From contig NC_009073.1 in the NCBI RefSeq assembly GCF_000015805.1, forward strand, positions 720,001 to 752,000: 32,000 nucleotides of DNA, written 5' to 3'. Below are positions 30,321-32,000 of the stretch, piece by piece. Source of the stretch: Pyrobaculum calidifontis JCM 11548 (GTDB taxonomy: Archaea; Thermoproteota; Thermoprotei; Thermoproteales; Thermoproteaceae). The notes beneath the pieces were generated by a model, which was given only the letters and a program-made list of their open reading frames with translations, did not search any database and had not been told where the DNA came from. Made by a program: the position numbers and the translations under genes. Each line of letters starts with the position of its first letter. Position 1 is the first letter of the stretch.

Positions 30321-31391
30321 TTACCTAATTCGCTTGCCATCTCTAAAGAGCTTCACCCCCTCCGGCTTCAGAAACACCTTGACTGTGCCGCCCTCTGCGG
30401 CCTTGCCATAGGCCACGGCTCTGAGCTCCGTTTTGCCCCACGTCACAACGGCGATGGGGGTAAAGCCTAGGTATTCCACGAGCTTCACGCGTGCTGGCGG
30501 TAGCGCGACGTCGTTAGGCGACAGGGGGGCCTCGGCCACGTACACGTCTGTGGGCCTTATGCCAACTTGCAACTTCCCCTCCGGCGCCTTCACGGGGATC
30601 TTTAAGTCTCCCAAGTCGACGTACTCGCCCCTCCCCTCCCCCTCCACCACGTTTATGGGAGGGTCGCCGAAGAACTGTGCCACGAAGAGGTTCGCCGGGT
30701 TGTTGAGAACCTCGTCTGTGGTGCCTATCTGCTGCACCTCGCCGTTGTTTATCACCATGAGGCGATCCGCCAAGGCGTAGGCGTCGTGCTGGTCGTGGGT
30801 AACAAGGATAGTGGTAATTTTCAACTTCCTCTGAAGCCCTTTCACAAACTCTCTGGCAGAAATCCGCAGCCTTGCGTCTAGGTTAGAGAAGGGCTCGTCC
30901 ATGAGCAAGACCTGTGGCTCTTTGACCAACGCCCTGGCTATGGCGACTCTCTGCTGTTGCCCTCCAGAGAGTTGCCTAGGGTACCTGTCCAGGAGGTGGG
31001 CTATCTCAAGCGCCTCGGCTACCTCCTTAACCCTCCGCTGAATCTCGTGGCGGGGCAACTTCTTGATCTTAAGCGGGAAGGCTATGTTGTCAAATACCTT
31101 CATGTGCGGGTAGAGCGCCCAGTTTTGAAACACCATGCCCACGTTCCTCTTGGCAGGCGGCACGAAAACCCCCTTCTCCACGTCTACCACGGGCTCGTCT
31201 CCAAAGAGGATGCGGCCCTTAGTCGGCGTCTCAAGCCCAGCAATACACCTTATGAAGGTCGTTTTGCCAGAGCCAGAGGGCCCCAAAACCACTAGGAACT
31301 CCCCATCCCTAATCTCCACAGACACGTCCCTCAGCGCGTATGTGTTAGGAGGAAAGACTTTCTCAAGCCTCTCCACCAGTACAGAAACCAC
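30321..31391 (-). CDS. ABC transporter ATP-binding protein, MalK/UgpC-like sugar importer type
   Basis: Walker A GPSGSGKTT, signature LSGGQQQRV, Walker B LLMDEPFSNLD, H-loop VTHD, plus a C-terminal regulatory (TOBE-like) extension of about 120 aa. GTG start at 31391. Confidence 0.9.
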   Translation of the reverse strand: MVSVLVERLEKVFPPNTYALRDVSVEIRDGEFLVVLGPSGSGKTTFIRCIAGLETPTKGRILFGDEPVVDVEKGVFVPPAKRNVGMVFQNWALYPHMKVFDNIAFPLKIKKLPRHEIQRRVKEVAEALEIAHLLDRYPRQLSGGQQQRVAIARALVKEPQVLLMDEPFSNLDARLRISAREFVKGLQRKLKITTILVTHDQHDAYALADRLMVINNGEVQQIGTTDEVLNNPANLFVAQFFGDPPINVVEGEGRGEYVDLGDLKIPVKAPEGKLQVGIRPTDVYVAEAPLSPNDVALPPARVKLVEYLGFTPIAVVTWGKTELRAVAYGKAAEGGTVKVFLKPEGVKLFRDGKRIR

Positions 31392-31435
31392 AGTACCCTG
31401 TACAAAGAGATTTTAAAGATATATCTCGCTCCAGA
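31392..31435. promoter_or_regulatory. 44-bp bidirectional promoter
   Basis: TTTTAAAGATATAT (31411-31424) is the only A/T-rich element between GTG 31391 (minus) and GTG 31436 (plus). It lies about 12-25 nt from either start. Confidence 0.5.
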
Positions 31436-32000
31436 GTGTGGCTCAGCGACGTGGCCAAGGCGGCCGAGATCATACGCCGGGGAGGCTTTAAGGCTATTAC
31501 GCACGGCGGAGTTGCCCACGCCGATGATACAATAGCCGCGGCTCTGCTCCACAGGGCAGGCGCCGAGGCCATATACCGGCTAAACGAGGCGGAGGAGGCG
31601 CTGGCGGTCGAAGGCGACGTGATGCTCTTCGACATCGGCGACTCCTTCGCGGCAAGACTGCCACAGCGGTTCGTGGTGCTGGACCACCACGGAGTCGGAG
31701 ACCCAGCGGAGGAGCCGTCCTCCGTGGTTCAAGTGGCCCTGGCGGTGGGGGCAAGGGCCGGCCCCCTGGTGCAGACCCTGATAAATTTCGTCGACCTCTT
31801 CGACCGCTTTGGACCATCCGCCAAGAGGTGGGCGGGGCCCTACGGAAACTCGTTGAACAACGGCCTCGCCAAGTACTTCGGCGACGCTACGCCGAAGGGG
31901 CTGGTCAAAGAGGAGAAGTTCCTCTCGCTGGTGGCAGACGCCTTTTACTCCACGCTGGACGTAGACCTCACGGCGTTTGGAGAGGCGTTCAGAGTGGCCG
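31436..32000 (+). CDS. MYG1/UPF0160-like metal-dependent hydrolase with a DHH-type motif. Partial; it continues beyond the window and is not in the ORF track
   Basis: The frame is open from GTG 31436 to the window end (188 codons). ITHGGVAHADDTIAAALL resembles the MYG1 N-terminal THxGxFHxDE..A..LL motif. FDIGDSF..RFVVLDHHG resembles the DVGG..(R)YDHHQ motif. The antisense track ORFs 31363-31635 and 31497-31817 are Arg/Pro/Ala-rich shadows. Confidence 0.6.
   Translation, partial: MWLSDVAKAAEIIRRGGFKAITHGGVAHADDTIAAALLHRAGAEAIYRLNEAEEALAVEGDVMLFDIGDSFAARLPQRFVVLDHHGVGDPAEEPSSVVQVALAVGARAGPLVQTLINFVDLFDRFGPSAKRWAGPYGNSLNNGLAKYFGDATPKGLVKEEKFLSLVADAFYSTLDVDLTAFGEAFRVA

Noticed and set aside
1-32000. 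Search for tRNA, rRNA, CRISPR repeats, integrase/transposase genes, terminal inverted repeats or att-like duplications that would mark the giant-gene region as a mobile element
   Set aside because: I found none by eye. There are no T-loop GTTCRA contexts with cloverleaf arms, no regularly spaced identical repeats and no recombinase motifs. A horizontal origin for nt 1-17591 therefore remains untested and would need compositional (GC, codon) analysis or comparative genomics.

Overview
GC-rich archaeal chromosome segment. The gene content (archaeal uS5/uL30, GH77 amylomaltase, CoaBC, aminopropyltransferase), frequent GTG/TTG starts, 4-nt stop/start overlaps and A/T boxes about 20-30 nt upstream of start codons (leaderless-type promoters) point to a hyperthermophilic crenarchaeon of the Thermoproteales, Pyrobaculum/Thermoproteus-like. 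This assignment is an inference and was not searched. Almost half of the window (nt 2415-17591) is one uninterrupted 15,177-nt ORF encoding a 5,058-aa multi-domain membrane protein. It is the last gene of a tightly coupled three-gene unit. The first gene (1020-1481) encodes a secreted small protein with two hydrophobic helices (pilin-like). The second (1486-2418) encodes a polytopic membrane protein. Upstream lie a SWIM zinc-finger gene and a repeat-bearing 220-bp non-coding region. This unit is the best candidate for an undescribed envelope-associated system. It may be a divergent relative of the conjugation-derived Ced/Ted machinery, but no ATPase is visible in the window. The remaining roughly 14 kb is ordinary housekeeping. 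On the minus strand: hypothetical-malQ, S9 peptidase-speE-coaBC, rnhB, uS5-uL30, a thiolase and a sugar-type ABC ATPase. On the plus strand: an HTH/ferritin-like regulator and an M50 protease-galK-galT unit. Two coding regions are absent from the supplied ORF track: a 57-codon C2H2 zinc-finger ORF (28921-29094) and a MYG1/DHH-like ORF that runs off the 3' end (31436->32000). I found no rRNA, tRNA, CRISPR array, integrase or transposase. Most antisense or alternative-frame ORFs in the track are shadow ORFs, as expected in GC-rich DNA.
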